Source of the DNA: an uncultured Prevotella sp. | Lineage (GTDB): Bacteria > Bacteroidota > Bacteroidia > Bacteroidales > Bacteroidaceae | Length of the DNA stretch: 64,000 nt | NCBI GenBank assembly: GCA_937901345.1 | Contig: CALCHM010000127.1 | Span: forward strand, 3,872 to 67,871 | Direction: 5' to 3' | In this document: positions 39,459-48,959 of the stretch, one piece after another | Numbering within the stretch: the first letter of the stretch is position 1 | Layout: each line of letters opens with the position of its first letter | Made by a program: the position numbers and the translations under genes | Notes under the pieces: generated by a model | Seen by the model: the letters and a program-made list of their open reading frames with translations, nothing else | What the model was told of the DNA's origin: nothing | Database searches by the model: none

Positions 39459-40732
39459 GTTGTGAATTGCTTTCAAATTAGTATTTTTGCATAGGTAGAA
39501 ACAATAGCAATGGCTTACTACGTGTATGCTCGCATGTTGTGAATCGCTTTCAAATTAGTATTTTTGCATAGGTAGAAACACCGGTGCGACTTGATGGTGT
39601 TAGCGTGGTTGTGTTGTGAATTGCTTTCAAATTAGTATTTTTGCATAGGTAGAAACACCTAGTGATGATGTAAACATCATCCTCGCCTGTTGTGAATTGC
39701 TTTCAAATTAGTATTTTTGCATAGGTAGAAACACCCGTAATTTGCTCGTAATTTGCTCGTAACTTGTTGTGAATTGCTTTCAAATTAGTATTTTTGCATA
39801 GGTAGAAACACCACCTTGAAGCGCAGGTAGTCGTACTTTGCGTTGTGAATTGCTTTCAAATTAGTATTTTTGCATAGGTAGAAACACCTTCGTTGCCGAT
39901 GAGCAACCATTTTGCGTCGTTGTGAATTGCTTTCAAATTAGTATTTTTGCATAGGTAGAAACACCGACTGCGTGATTGCATCGCTTGAACGCACCGTTGT
40001 GAATTGCTTTCAAATTAGTATTTTTGCATAGGTAGAAACACCGGAATAATTGCACGTATTACGTAGTCCACTGTTGTGAATTGCTTTCAAATTAGTATTT
40101 TTGCATAGGTAGAAACACCGCGCATCACAAGACCGTCAACCACTGCCTGGTTGTGAATTGCTTTCAAATTAGTATTTTTGCATAGGTAGAAACACCCCCA
40201 GCCCCTGCCTGCCTTCATCCCTGCTGGTTGTGAATTGCTTTCAAATTAGTATTTTTGCATAGGTAGAAACACCAAGACTACACAAACACATCATGCGAAT
40301 CCGTTGTGAATTGCTTTCAAATTAGTATTTTTGCATAGGTAGAAACACCTCGGCGTAGTGTTACGCAATCAAGACGGCAGTTGTGAATTGCTTTCAAATT
40401 AGTATTTTTGCATAGGTAGAAACACCACGTGAATATATATACAGAAATACAGAAAGTTGTGAATTGCTTTCAAATTAGTATTTTTGCATAGGTAGAAACA
40501 CCATGTCGGTAAATTCACGCTCAGCGATGACGTTGTGAATTGCTTTCAAATTAGTATTTTTGCATAGGTAGAAACACCTAAATTCATCTAAATCCTTTCC
40601 AAAATTATGTTGTGAATTGCTTTCAAATTAGTATTTTTGCATAGGTAGAAACACCACGTTTTGCGGTGGTCGGTGGGTGTAACCCGTTGTGAATTGCTTT
40701 CAAATTAGTATTTTTGCATAGGTAGAAACACC
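39459..40732 (+). CRISPR. Type II-C CRISPR array: 17 repeats of 47 bp and 16 spacers of 29-30 bp
   Basis: GTTGTGAATTGCTTTCAAATTAGTATTTTTGCATAGGTAGAAACACC at 39459, 39536, 39613, 39689, 39766, 39842, 39919, 39996, 40073, 40150, 40227, 40303, 40380, 40456, 40532, 40609, 40686. Confidence 0.99.
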
Positions 40733-40810
40733 TCAATCTGTATATTTGTATGATTTATAGGTGTTTATGATGCAATTTAGAAAAGAAAAATTAAGTTTGT
40801 TTTTACCTAA

Positions 40811-40847
40811 TAAAAGGACTGCAATATCAAATTTGCAGTCCTTTTTA
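40811..40847. terminator. Bidirectional terminator between the array and cas2
   Basis: AAAAGGACTGCAA / TTGCAGTCCTTTT. Confidence 0.75.
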
Positions 40848-40858
40848 ATTGTGTGAAG

Positions 40859-41191
40859 TTAGAAAAGTTCCAGTTGCAGTTCTGGTACTTGAGGTAACTG
40901 TGTCTTTTTACCATGGAAGAGTTGCAGGGCGCCAAATTGCTTATCAGTAATGGTTAAAATGCCCACTTTTCCATATTCAGGTAAGTAGGATTTCACGCGC
41001 TTTACATGAACTTCGGCATTCTCGCAACTGGCGCAGTGACGAATGTAGATGGAGAATTGAAACATGGTGAACCCATCTTGCATAATCTGTTTCCGAAACT
41101 TTGTTGCGGCTTTACGGTCGCGAAGGGTTTCGGTGGGAAGGTCAAAGAATACAAGCACCCACATAATACGGTATTCGCTAAATCGGTCCAT
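40859..41191 (-). CDS. cas2: CRISPR-associated endonuclease Cas2
   Basis: [26 protein letters not shown] at 41191. Confidence 0.96.
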   Translation of the reverse strand: MDRFSEYRIMWVLVFFDLPTETLRDRKAATKFRKQIMQDGFTMFQFSIYIRHCASCENAEVHVKRVKSYLPEYGKVGILTITDKQFGALQLFHGKKTQLPQVPELQLELF

Positions 41192-41204
41192 AAATTTTAG
41201 GGTT

Positions 41205-42140
41205 TTATTTTTCGGGATAAACCACTTTACGAAGTTCTCCGCTAAAGCATTTGTACAAGGACGCAGTTGTTTGCGTAGCTGCAACCATGAGCGGACTGCG
41301 CTTGCCTCCTATATTCACTTCGAGCGTAGGAATTGCGAGAAGTTCTACTTTCCACTCATGTGTTAATTCAACAGGAATACCTCTAAGTTGAATTAATTTG
41401 AAAATGTGCTCGTCTACATAAGGGCGGTAAGGTTCCATGATATCATCAGCAAGGCAATAGGCATTGTAGCGATTATGGTGGTGGATGCCTAATGTGGGAA
41501 GTAGTCCGCTGGAAACTAATGCACGCGCTATAATAGCTCTCAGGATGGCATATCCGTAGTTCAATAGATTGTTAGGCGGAACACCTTCGCGGTCGCGAAT
41601 AAACCCATCAATGTGTTCTCCAAAGAGGTGCTTCCAATAATAAGCAGCGGCACGTCCTTCTAAATTGTCTGCATCACCACTACGCACCTCTTTTGCCCAT
41701 ACGCGCATACAATCCACTCGTGTGCCTCGACATGCTTGCAACACTGTTGCTTGGTTGTTGATTTTACATTGTATGGTTTGTTGCCACAATTGTTTCTTGA
41801 GAGGCAATGAGGCTTCAATCTGATGGCGAAAGCGTTCGCTCTGCGTTGTGTTTCCACACAGCGGGAGCAGCAATCCTACGGGTAAACTTCTGTCGTCGCA
41901 AGTGATAAGTGCACAATTATTGGCAAGCAGGGCATCCATTACCCCAGTTGTAATGGTGATACGCTTGTTGTCGAGTACCACCACCCCTATATCCTCTATG
42001 GGTAGGGTTGTGACAGCGTCTTTTTTGATGATTTCCGAAAGTTCGGCATTGCTTTCAACTTCGGGAATTTTAATGACTAATTGCTTGTTGCGCAACGATA
42101 AATAGGTAGGATTGCCAAAATACACGGTACGTTTAATCAT
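41205..42140 (-). CDS. cas1: CRISPR-associated endonuclease Cas1 (type II)
   Basis: [26 protein letters not shown]...LADD.MEP.RP. Confidence 0.97.
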   Translation of the reverse strand: MIKRTVYFGNPTYLSLRNKQLVIKIPEVESNAELSEIIKKDAVTTLPIEDIGVVVLDNKRITITTGVMDALLANNCALITCDDRSLPVGLLLPLCGNTTQSERFRHQIEASLPLKKQLWQQTIQCKINNQATVLQACRGTRVDCMRVWAKEVRSGDADNLEGRAAAYYWKHLFGEHIDGFIRDREGVPPNNLLNYGYAILRAIIARALVSSGLLPTLGIHHHNRYNAYCLADDIMEPYRPYVDEHIFKLIQLRGIPVELTHEWKVELLAIPTLEVNIGGKRSPLMVAATQTTASLYKCFSGELRKVVYPEK

Positions 42141-42221
42141 AGCGGAAAGATTTGAATGGGTTAAACTATAGGGACATAAAAAGGGATTATTGCAGGCGCA
42201 ATAATCCCCTTTAATTCAATA

Positions 42222-45200
42222 TTAATACTCTCCAACAGCCACAATTTGTCCGATGTGGTTGATGCGTACTTTAACTATTTTAGACATCATACCTAATGAT
42301 TTTAATCGTTTCCAAGTAATACCCTTTAATTCATTGGAATATTCAATTTTCGTTTCTAAATGATGCCTAAAGAAATAGTCTTTTGTAGATATACTTTGCA
42401 CCCTGAACAAATTAGGACTAATCATCTCATAGTTGTTAGGATCCAACAAATCAACATCCTTTGGGTCAAAACCAGTTGCTTCATTTGGGAACACAAAGTA
42501 TTCGTTCTGCTTCATGGTGTAGAGGAATTTCCATCCCTCTTCACGCTTGTATTCCTTATCCACTGCAGGAAGTCCTTGATTGACGCGCGCAACGGCTTTA
42601 TAAAAAGTGACAGTATCCTCATCTAATTCCATGCAAGGCATGCCGTCCTCGTCAAGAACTGGTAATCCTTTCTTGTCAAGCACAGGTTTTTGATAAATGG
42701 CAACGTGGTGATTGTTGGATGTATTGACGAAATCTACTGGTATTCTTTTCCCCTGTTCATCAAGAATCAGGCGTCCTTCTTTGTCGCGTTTGTCATGAAG
42801 CGGTTGTGGATTGCTCACGCCATAAATCGTGACGCGCTTGATGCTTATGCCTTGTGCCTCGTTCAACCAAATGGGATTCTCATCCAAATTGATAAATGCC
42901 TTCTTGGGGTCACCACCAAATGCTTCAAGGCGTGCCTCAAGCAACTGGCGGATTTTAACATCCACCACTTTGGCAACATTTAAATCGGGAGAAACGTCCT
43001 TGCGGATAGTATAGGTGGTATCCAAACTTACGGTTTTCACCTTTTGTGGTACTGCTTTTGTGTGAGTCTCGTTCAACCAAATAGGATTTTTATCCAAAGC
43101 GTTCTTTCCAGTAAATGCCTTCTTGGGGTCACCTCCAAATTGGTTGAGTCGCCAAAGTAATGCTTCGCGATAGATTTGCTTGCAGACAGTTGCAATCTTG
43201 GTTGCGTCAAAGGCAGAACCTACGGATTCATCCTTCGTCACGTATTCCCTACGACTGCCGTAGATGGTTTCGTTATGAAGTTGTCCGCGCGGTGTGAGTT
43301 GCACTTTCGTGAATGTGCCGCCTTTAGGCTTGCGCACCTTATTCACATTGAGCGTAACGACCTTATTCTTCGCCTTAATAGAAACGAGAATTTGCGCTAA
43401 CTGACGCAAAGCTTCTGCTCTAAATGTGTGCAAAGGTATGGGAGCAATGGCACGACCGTTTTGGAAATACGCATTGCGGATGCCATAAAGTTCGGAACCT
43501 TCTTGATGCGCAGCATTCTTGTTGTTAAAGTATTGGATAAACGCCGGTTTTGTGAATGCCACGGTAAGTGCATCCATCGCGTGGTGGCGGTGGTCATTGC
43601 GTTTGGTCCAATCGGTGATACGACCGATTTGGCGTCCGTCGCGGTCTTGATGGTAAGAAACTTTGCCGAGTGCAGCATATTTATCCCAGTTCAGTTCCTT
43701 CATGATGTCCACCAACTCCCAATCCTTACGCAGTTGTTCGGTGATGCTCCCCGAAGTGGCAACCACACGCCGACAGATGGTGTGTAGCATGGCAAGCGCG
43801 CGCTTTGCAATGTACTGCGTGTTGCGAAGGTCTCGTTCGATGAAGTCTTCAGGAATTTCCGCTTCGGTCATCTTCAACTTCTTCAACTTGGTCTTTTGTT
43901 GTGCAAAGACGGAAGTACATGTTTCTAGATAACGCTTTAGTCCCTCTTCGCCGTAGGTTTCACGCACAAAGTCGTAGGCCGTTTGTTTCCCCTTCTTAAT
44001 GTTTACATCACGATACTCCAATGTCTTATTGGAGAAAGAGTCGTCAAACAAGCGTGCTTGGGGAATGATGTGCTCAATGTCAATTTCCTTTGAGAAGAGC
44101 TTTTCGCGTGGAATATAGGTATCAGAATAGAGCGTCTTATATCCATTAGCCTTAAGTTCTTCATAAAGTCGATAGCGAATGATATCATTGCGTGAGGGAT
44201 GTGAAATGCCAAATTCTTGCTGCAATAGTTCGCGTATCTGTTCTTGTTGTTTGGTAGCTGTTGAAATCGCTTTCGTCATTTGTTCACGTTCCTTCTGATT
44301 CTTTTTTAATTCGCGCGCTAATTCCACACGGATTTCATCGGGACGTCCATAGGTGTTGATGATTTCATTGACAACATTAACCATTTGGTTGAGAATCTTT
44401 TCAACCACAGGATTACGCAAGGCATTCTTAGGCAGTAATTCAAGTTGGTCAAGCAACTCTTTCTGCTCAATTTCTTCCTTTGTTAATGAACTTGCAGAGT
44501 GGCGATAACCTGCATAGGTACAAGCAACGTCATAACCACATCCTTCCTTCATGTAAGGAAGAATGTTGCGAATTGCCTTGGCGCTTAAACTTCCGTAATC
44601 ATCCTCAAAAACCATGTCCATAAGTGGACTAACATAGTCAGTTGAACACCCACAAAGCGACGTTAGTTTTTCCTTCAATTTACTATCACCCGTAGCCGAG
44701 TTGTCACCTTCAAAGGAGTAGAGTAAGTGCCAAAGTTGATAGAAAAGTTGGTCGTCTAAAGGTTGGTCCAGGTAAACCTGCGTGTCAAGGATTTCGCAGT
44801 TCCATCCAAGGGATTCAAATACAGCACGTACTTGAGTCTTAAGTGCTGCTGAAGGTTTTTTGAAATCGAGTGGTTCGTGTCCACTCAAATCCATCATGGC
44901 GCTAAACGCTTGATAGAACAAGTTTCCTGTAGTGTTGCCCTTTACAGATTCAAAGTTCAGGTCAAGAGCATCTGTCTTGTCAAATAACAACTTTAGAATC
45001 TGTGCCTTCTTTAACTCTGCTTTGATAGAGAGTTCCTCTGCCAAGATTTCCTTCTCTTCTTGCGTAAGGCGTCTTCTGCCTTCGAGTTCTAATGCTTCAC
45101 TTGCTTCGGTTGCATTGGTTGGCAATGCAACATTTTTCTTTGCACGCTTCTTTTTGCCAGAATCGTCAACAACGATGACTTCTAAATTATTGAGCGATTG

Positions 45201-46520
45201 CCAAATCTTGAAATCTTGGAATAGGGGAGAGGAACGTGGAATTACACGACTACCGACCACAATGGTTTTCTTTTTGCCATCGCGGAGTACAACCTCTTGA
45301 TCCTTGCGCTCAAATTCACAGATGCTGATGAGTGACTTTTGACTCTTCAAACGACGTTGGAAGAAGATGACGACATCACGAATCTCTGCTTTTAATTCTG
45401 GAGTAAGTTGAGGATGGAAACGTGCTTGACTTTCCCAAATCGCTTCAAACTCATCCATGTAGTCTTGACGATAGAATACGAGATTCTTCAAACTATTGTG
45501 ACGATTTTCGTTGAGGCGGTTCAACAAGTATTGCCCAACTGTAAGATGATTGAAGAATAAATTCTTGCTTCTGTCACTAATGGCTCCTAAATAACCACTC
45601 GACTTATTGATATCTGCATTAATTTCCTGTAAAACGATGGCCAATTCTTCTGGGTGCATCTTTTCAGATAGCGCTTTGTCTCGCCAAGCATAATTTTCCT
45701 TTTTCAACTCAGCACCCTTTGCCTTACGATTAGGTTTTACGAGTTTAAACTCGATGTCCTTAATTTCATTTTGCGCTAACTCCTCATTCCAAGTCTTACG
45801 CTGCTCGGTCCATACAAAACTTTTGGCAAGGATATCCCATGTTTGCGATGCATTTTTACCCGTGAGCGCTTCTTTTAACTCAGAAGTTAGTATTTCGGGA
45901 TAAAATTGACTTTGGAAATCCCAGATACGATTAAATTCTTGTTGCAAGTCTGAACGATAGAAATCAGGTAGCGCCTTCTTACCGTCACTCAAAATTTGAA
46001 AGCACAATTGTCCAGGGGTAAGGTTTTCATCATAAAGTTTTTTTGCAACGGTCATACCATCAATCAACTTTCCATCTTCCCCACTTTTTGCTTTACGACT
46101 ACTCTTATACCCGCGCTTTTTATTAATCATGAGGAGCACACGCGCAAACTCTTGCAGGGATATTTGTTTTGTAACGGCTTTCGCACGTAAGTTGTACGTT
46201 TCGTGAGTGGAAGATGCACCATTTTCAGATAGCAGCGTTTCATCTGCGATAAAACCATTCTTTCTAAGAATGCTCAACAGAGTAGAACGACGCTGCTTAT
46301 AGCGTTGAAGATTACGGTGAGCACTACGTTTTTGGCGTCGTACCTGATTTGTTTCCACCGCCTTACCCTTTTCATAGTTAGAAGATTCATCTACAGTCAA
46401 GGGGTTAACGCGAACTCCTAATTTTATGATAGAAGATAGTTCGGATTCGTGTTCTGCTTCATTGACCAGCGCCCAACCTATACTTGTTGTACCGAGGTCT
46501 AAACCTAATATTTGTTTCAT
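42222..46520 (-). CDS. cas9: Type II-C Cas9, 1432 aa
   Basis: RuvC-I LGLDLGTTSIG, Arg-rich bridge helix, RuvC-II VELARE, HNH DIEHIIP..DDS.SNK, RuvC-III HHAMDA; no csn2 or cas4. Confidence 0.98.
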   Translation of the reverse strand: MKQILGLDLGTTSIGWALVNEAEHESELSSIIKLGVRVNPLTVDESSNYEKGKAVETNQVRRQKRSAHRNLQRYKQRRSTLLSILRKNGFIADETLLSENGASSTHETYNLRAKAVTKQISLQEFARVLLMINKKRGYKSSRKAKSGEDGKLIDGMTVAKKLYDENLTPGQLCFQILSDGKKALPDFYRSDLQQEFNRIWDFQSQFYPEILTSELKEALTGKNASQTWDILAKSFVWTEQRKTWNEELAQNEIKDIEFKLVKPNRKAKGAELKKENYAWRDKALSEKMHPEELAIVLQEINADINKSSGYLGAISDRSKNLFFNHLTVGQYLLNRLNENRHNSLKNLVFYRQDYMDEFEAIWESQARFHPQLTPELKAEIRDVVIFFQRRLKSQKSLISICEFERKDQEVVLRDGKKKTIVVGSRVIPRSSPLFQDFKIWQSLNNLEVIVVDDSGKKKRAKKNVALPTNATEASEALELEGRRRLTQEEKEILAEELSIKAELKKAQILKLLFDKTDALDLNFESVKGNTTGNLFYQAFSAMMDLSGHEPLDFKKPSAALKTQVRAVFESLGWNCEILDTQVYLDQPLDDQLFYQLWHLLYSFEGDNSATGDSKLKEKLTSLCGCSTDYVSPLMDMVFEDDYGSLSAKAIRNILPYMKEGCGYDVACTYAGYRHSASSLTKEEIEQKELLDQLELLPKNALRNPVVEKILNQMVNVVNEIINTYGRPDEIRVELARELKKNQKEREQMTKAISTATKQQEQIRELLQQEFGISHPSRNDIIRYRLYEELKANGYKTLYSDTYIPREKLFSKEIDIEHIIPQARLFDDSFSNKTLEYRDVNIKKGKQTAYDFVRETYGEEGLKRYLETCTSVFAQQKTKLKKLKMTEAEIPEDFIERDLRNTQYIAKRALAMLHTICRRVVATSGSITEQLRKDWELVDIMKELNWDKYAALGKVSYHQDRDGRQIGRITDWTKRNDHRHHAMDALTVAFTKPAFIQYFNNKNAAHQEGSELYGIRNAYFQNGRAIAPIPLHTFRAEALRQLAQILVSIKAKNKVVTLNVNKVRKPKGGTFTKVQLTPRGQLHNETIYGSRREYVTKDESVGSAFDATKIATVCKQIYREALLWRLNQFGGDPKKAFTGKNALDKNPIWLNETHTKAVPQKVKTVSLDTTYTIRKDVSPDLNVAKVVDVKIRQLLEARLEAFGGDPKKAFINLDENPIWLNEAQGISIKRVTIYGVSNPQPLHDKRDKEGRLILDEQGKRIPVDFVNTSNNHHVAIYQKPVLDKKGLPVLDEDGMPCMELDEDTVTFYKAVARVNQGLPAVDKEYKREEGWKFLYTMKQNEYFVFPNEATGFDPKDVDLLDPNNYEMISPNLFRVQSISTKDYFFRHHLETKIEYSNELKGITWKRLKSLGMMSKIVKVRINHIGQIVAVGEY

Positions 46521-46584
46521 GATAGATTTTTATTTGTATGTTTGGAATTCAAAATTAAGCATTAATCAGAATTAGGCAAAAACA

Positions 46585-46616
46585 TTTGGTGGATTCGTTA
46601 AAATACCTTTACTTTG
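46585..46616 (+). promoter_or_regulatory. Probable tracrRNA promoter
   Basis: TTTG (46585-46588), 20-nt spacer, TTACTTTG (one mismatch to TAnnTTTG). Confidence 0.55.
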
Positions 46617-46618
46617 CA

Positions 46619-46706
46619 GTACTAATTTGAAGCAATTCTCAATAAGGATTTAGTTCCGTTGTGAAAACATTAGGTTGCCCTCGTCCTTCACGGGGGCATT
46701 TTTTTG
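46619..46706 (+). ncRNA. tracrRNA
   Basis: Anti-repeat TACTAATTTGAAGCAATTCTCAA pairs with the 5' half of the repeat; AAGGA..TCCG nexus-like stem; terminal hairpin TGCCCTCGT/ACGGGGGCA plus T-run. Confidence 0.88.
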
Positions 46707-46863
46707 TTTTTACATTCTAACAGTAAGTAAAAACACTCGCGTAAGTTTACGTCACCTCCACCTTGTTTCGATTTTTTCATCTTTTGCGTCTCTTTGCGTT
46801 TTTGCGTGAGATAAAAACTGATGTTTGTTTCTCAAAGAGGAAAATGGGGAGCGAAGCGTTTTT

Positions 46864-47035
46864 GGGTAGATGTGTCTTCCAGGTTTCTGGAAAGGTTGAT
46901 GTACCGGGGTAGATGTGTCTTCCAGGTTTCTGGAAAGGTTGATGTACCGGGGTAGATGTGCTTTCCTGGTTTTCGGAAAGGTCGATGTACTGGGGTAGAT
47001 GTGTCTTCCTGGTTTTCGGAAAGGTTATAGTACCA
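46864..47035. repeat. 43-bp tandem repeat, 4 units
   Basis: GGTAGATGTGTCTTCCAGGTTTCTGGAAAGGTTGATGTACCGG; TAGATG at 46867, 46910, 46953, 46996. Confidence 0.9.
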
Positions 47036-47506
47036 GTGTCGCTGTTTCTAATTATCATGAAAATGGTTTTTCCCCCAGTCGCAACTATTTTCTCGATTTT
47101 TTACCTGCTATTTCGGAGGTGTTTGTGAATTAACTATTCGTTTTCCAAAGAAAAACAAGAGGTCTCTTTGTATACACGTTGATTATTGTCTCCACGTATC
47201 ATGTGGTATCTGTGCGTATTTTCTTGTCACACAGAAAGCACAGATATTCCTCGTGATCCTCGTGATCCGTGGAGACAAGAAAACGCCCCGCATGGAACTG
47301 TTGAATCTGTTTAATCACGTTGATTATTATGTCTCCGGCGAATCTCGCGTATCTACGCGTATCTTTTTTCTCACGCAAAGGCGCAAAGGTTTTATATTGT
47401 CAACAGATTCACGGAAATACACAGAATTGCGATTTGCTGCACTCTCGCTCCGTGCGGATGAAGACGTTCTGTGAATTTTGTGGATTCTGTGTGCGATATT
47501 ATTTTT

Positions 47507-47692
47507 GGCAATGATATAGCAGTTGACCCATTACCACAGTCCCCTCCGCCCTTTGGGCATTTGACCTCGCAAACTCGGCCTTTTTTCTCCCTACCTTTGG
47601 TGGTACTCCCCCTAAATAGGGCGAGAAAGACGAGCTACGGAGGAGTGGAGGGGGTCTGTTAAAGTACTTGGGTTAACAGCTATATTATTACC
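47507..47692. mobile_element. MITE of the same TIR family, diverged body, no target duplication
   Basis: GGCAATGATATAGCAGTTGACCCA ... TGGGTTAACAGCTATATTATTACC. Confidence 0.75.
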
Positions 47693-47957
47693 CCAAAACT
47701 TTTCTAGAATGCTTATTGCCGACTTGCAATCGTGTCATTCCTCTTGTAAAATGTCCATCAACAACGCGCTCTGAAAAAATGATTCGTTCATTAGTGACGT
47801 ATCTTTTGATGTCATGCTTATTATTCTCCGACAATTTTCGGTTTGAAATACATCAGGTGCTCTGCGCGCTGTACAGTATTAAACCTAATGAGGACGTGCC
47901 AAAACATAGCGTTTTGACACGTCCTCATCTGTCGTAGGTGTAAGTCCGTTGTGGAAC

Positions 47958-48290
47958 CTATTTCTTAAGGAAGCAAGTTTTTAAAACAATACCACTGCCG
48001 TCAATCTTACAATCCACTTCCTCGGGATTCTCCGTGAGGCGAATGCTCTTCACCTTCGTGCCGCGCTTGATGACCATGGAAGAACCTTTTACCTTAAGGT
48101 CTTTGATAACAGTGACGGCATCGCCATCAAAAAGTTCAGCGCCATTGCTATCACGAGGTACGAGAACTTCTTCAGCACCTTCCTGATCCACTTCATGGAA
48201 TTCGTGTGCACAATCAGGGCAAACAAAAAGCGAACCATCAAAATAAGTGTACTCACTGCCACACTTCGGGCAATTTGGAATGTCATTCAT
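47958..48290 (-). CDS. yjdM: YjdM/PhnA-family zinc-ribbon protein
   Basis: CPKCGSEYTY, CPDCAHE, D.V..IKDLKVKGSS..IK.GTKVK.IRL. Confidence 0.9.
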   Translation of the reverse strand: MNDIPNCPKCGSEYTYFDGSLFVCPDCAHEFHEVDQEGAEEVLVPRDSNGAELFDGDAVTVIKDLKVKGSSMVIKRGTKVKSIRLTENPEEVDCKIDGSGIVLKTCFLKK

Positions 48291-48659
48291 TGGAATAAAA
48301 TTTTAGTATGTTGAAACTTCTCTACAAAGATACAACTTTTCAACGGAAAAAAACTTTTTTGGTTTATAACGCTCACACTATGTGCGTACACTTTGCAGGA
48401 AGTCTCAATGCTTCATAAATTTCAACCTTTGTGGTTCTTTGTTATGTTATACAAAAAATGAAAAGCGACTACCAAATTATCCATTAATATTTAGCGTAAC
48501 AATCTCCAAAGACTCAAATGTTACAATATTTGGAAAGATATTAGTCAAATCCTTTTTACAGATTTACATATTTTAGTAATTTTGGAGGGGGATTGAATGC
48601 GTAAGTACGTACGCGTATATTACCATCAATCAACATACATATTAAAGAAGCGTCATTGA

Positions 48660-48900
48660 TGCTTTGTTTTTGATTATTCGGAACCTCGGAAATTCAGAAT
48701 TGCTGTCAAGAACAAGGTTGAAAGTGATGCCTGCGTGTATGGTATCCATCCCCGAGGTGTGCAGAGGACAGTAGTCCTTATTGCACATCTTTGGGGTACC
48801 TATCATATTACGTAGGTGTCTTTTCTTCTCGTTCACAGCAATGCCCATCCGAGGGGCCCGAATGAAGAACGAGTTGATATGGGCACCTACGTTTTTTTTG
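48660..48900 (+). promoter_or_regulatory. Structured leader / attenuator-like element upstream of the accessory operon
   Basis: Several nested helices ending in a T-run 60 bp before the first gene. Confidence 0.5.
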
Positions 48901-48959
48901 TATGTATGACAGAATGCTAACTTTATAGCAGTATAGGTAGCGCTGCTCGGTAATTTGAT

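Noticed and set aside
39506..40685. Self-targeting spacers
   Set aside because: No match to the window noticed by eye; a proper alignment was not possible
42860..43200. Internal duplication in Cas9 (GGDPKKAF...NPIWLNE twice)
   Set aside because: To my knowledge a usual feature of Bacteroidota type II-C Cas9; catalytic motifs are intact
46777..47058. 93-aa minus-strand ORF next to the tracrRNA as a possible anti-CRISPR or regulator
   Set aside because: It runs through the 43-bp tandem repeat, whose period is not a multiple of three; likely non-coding
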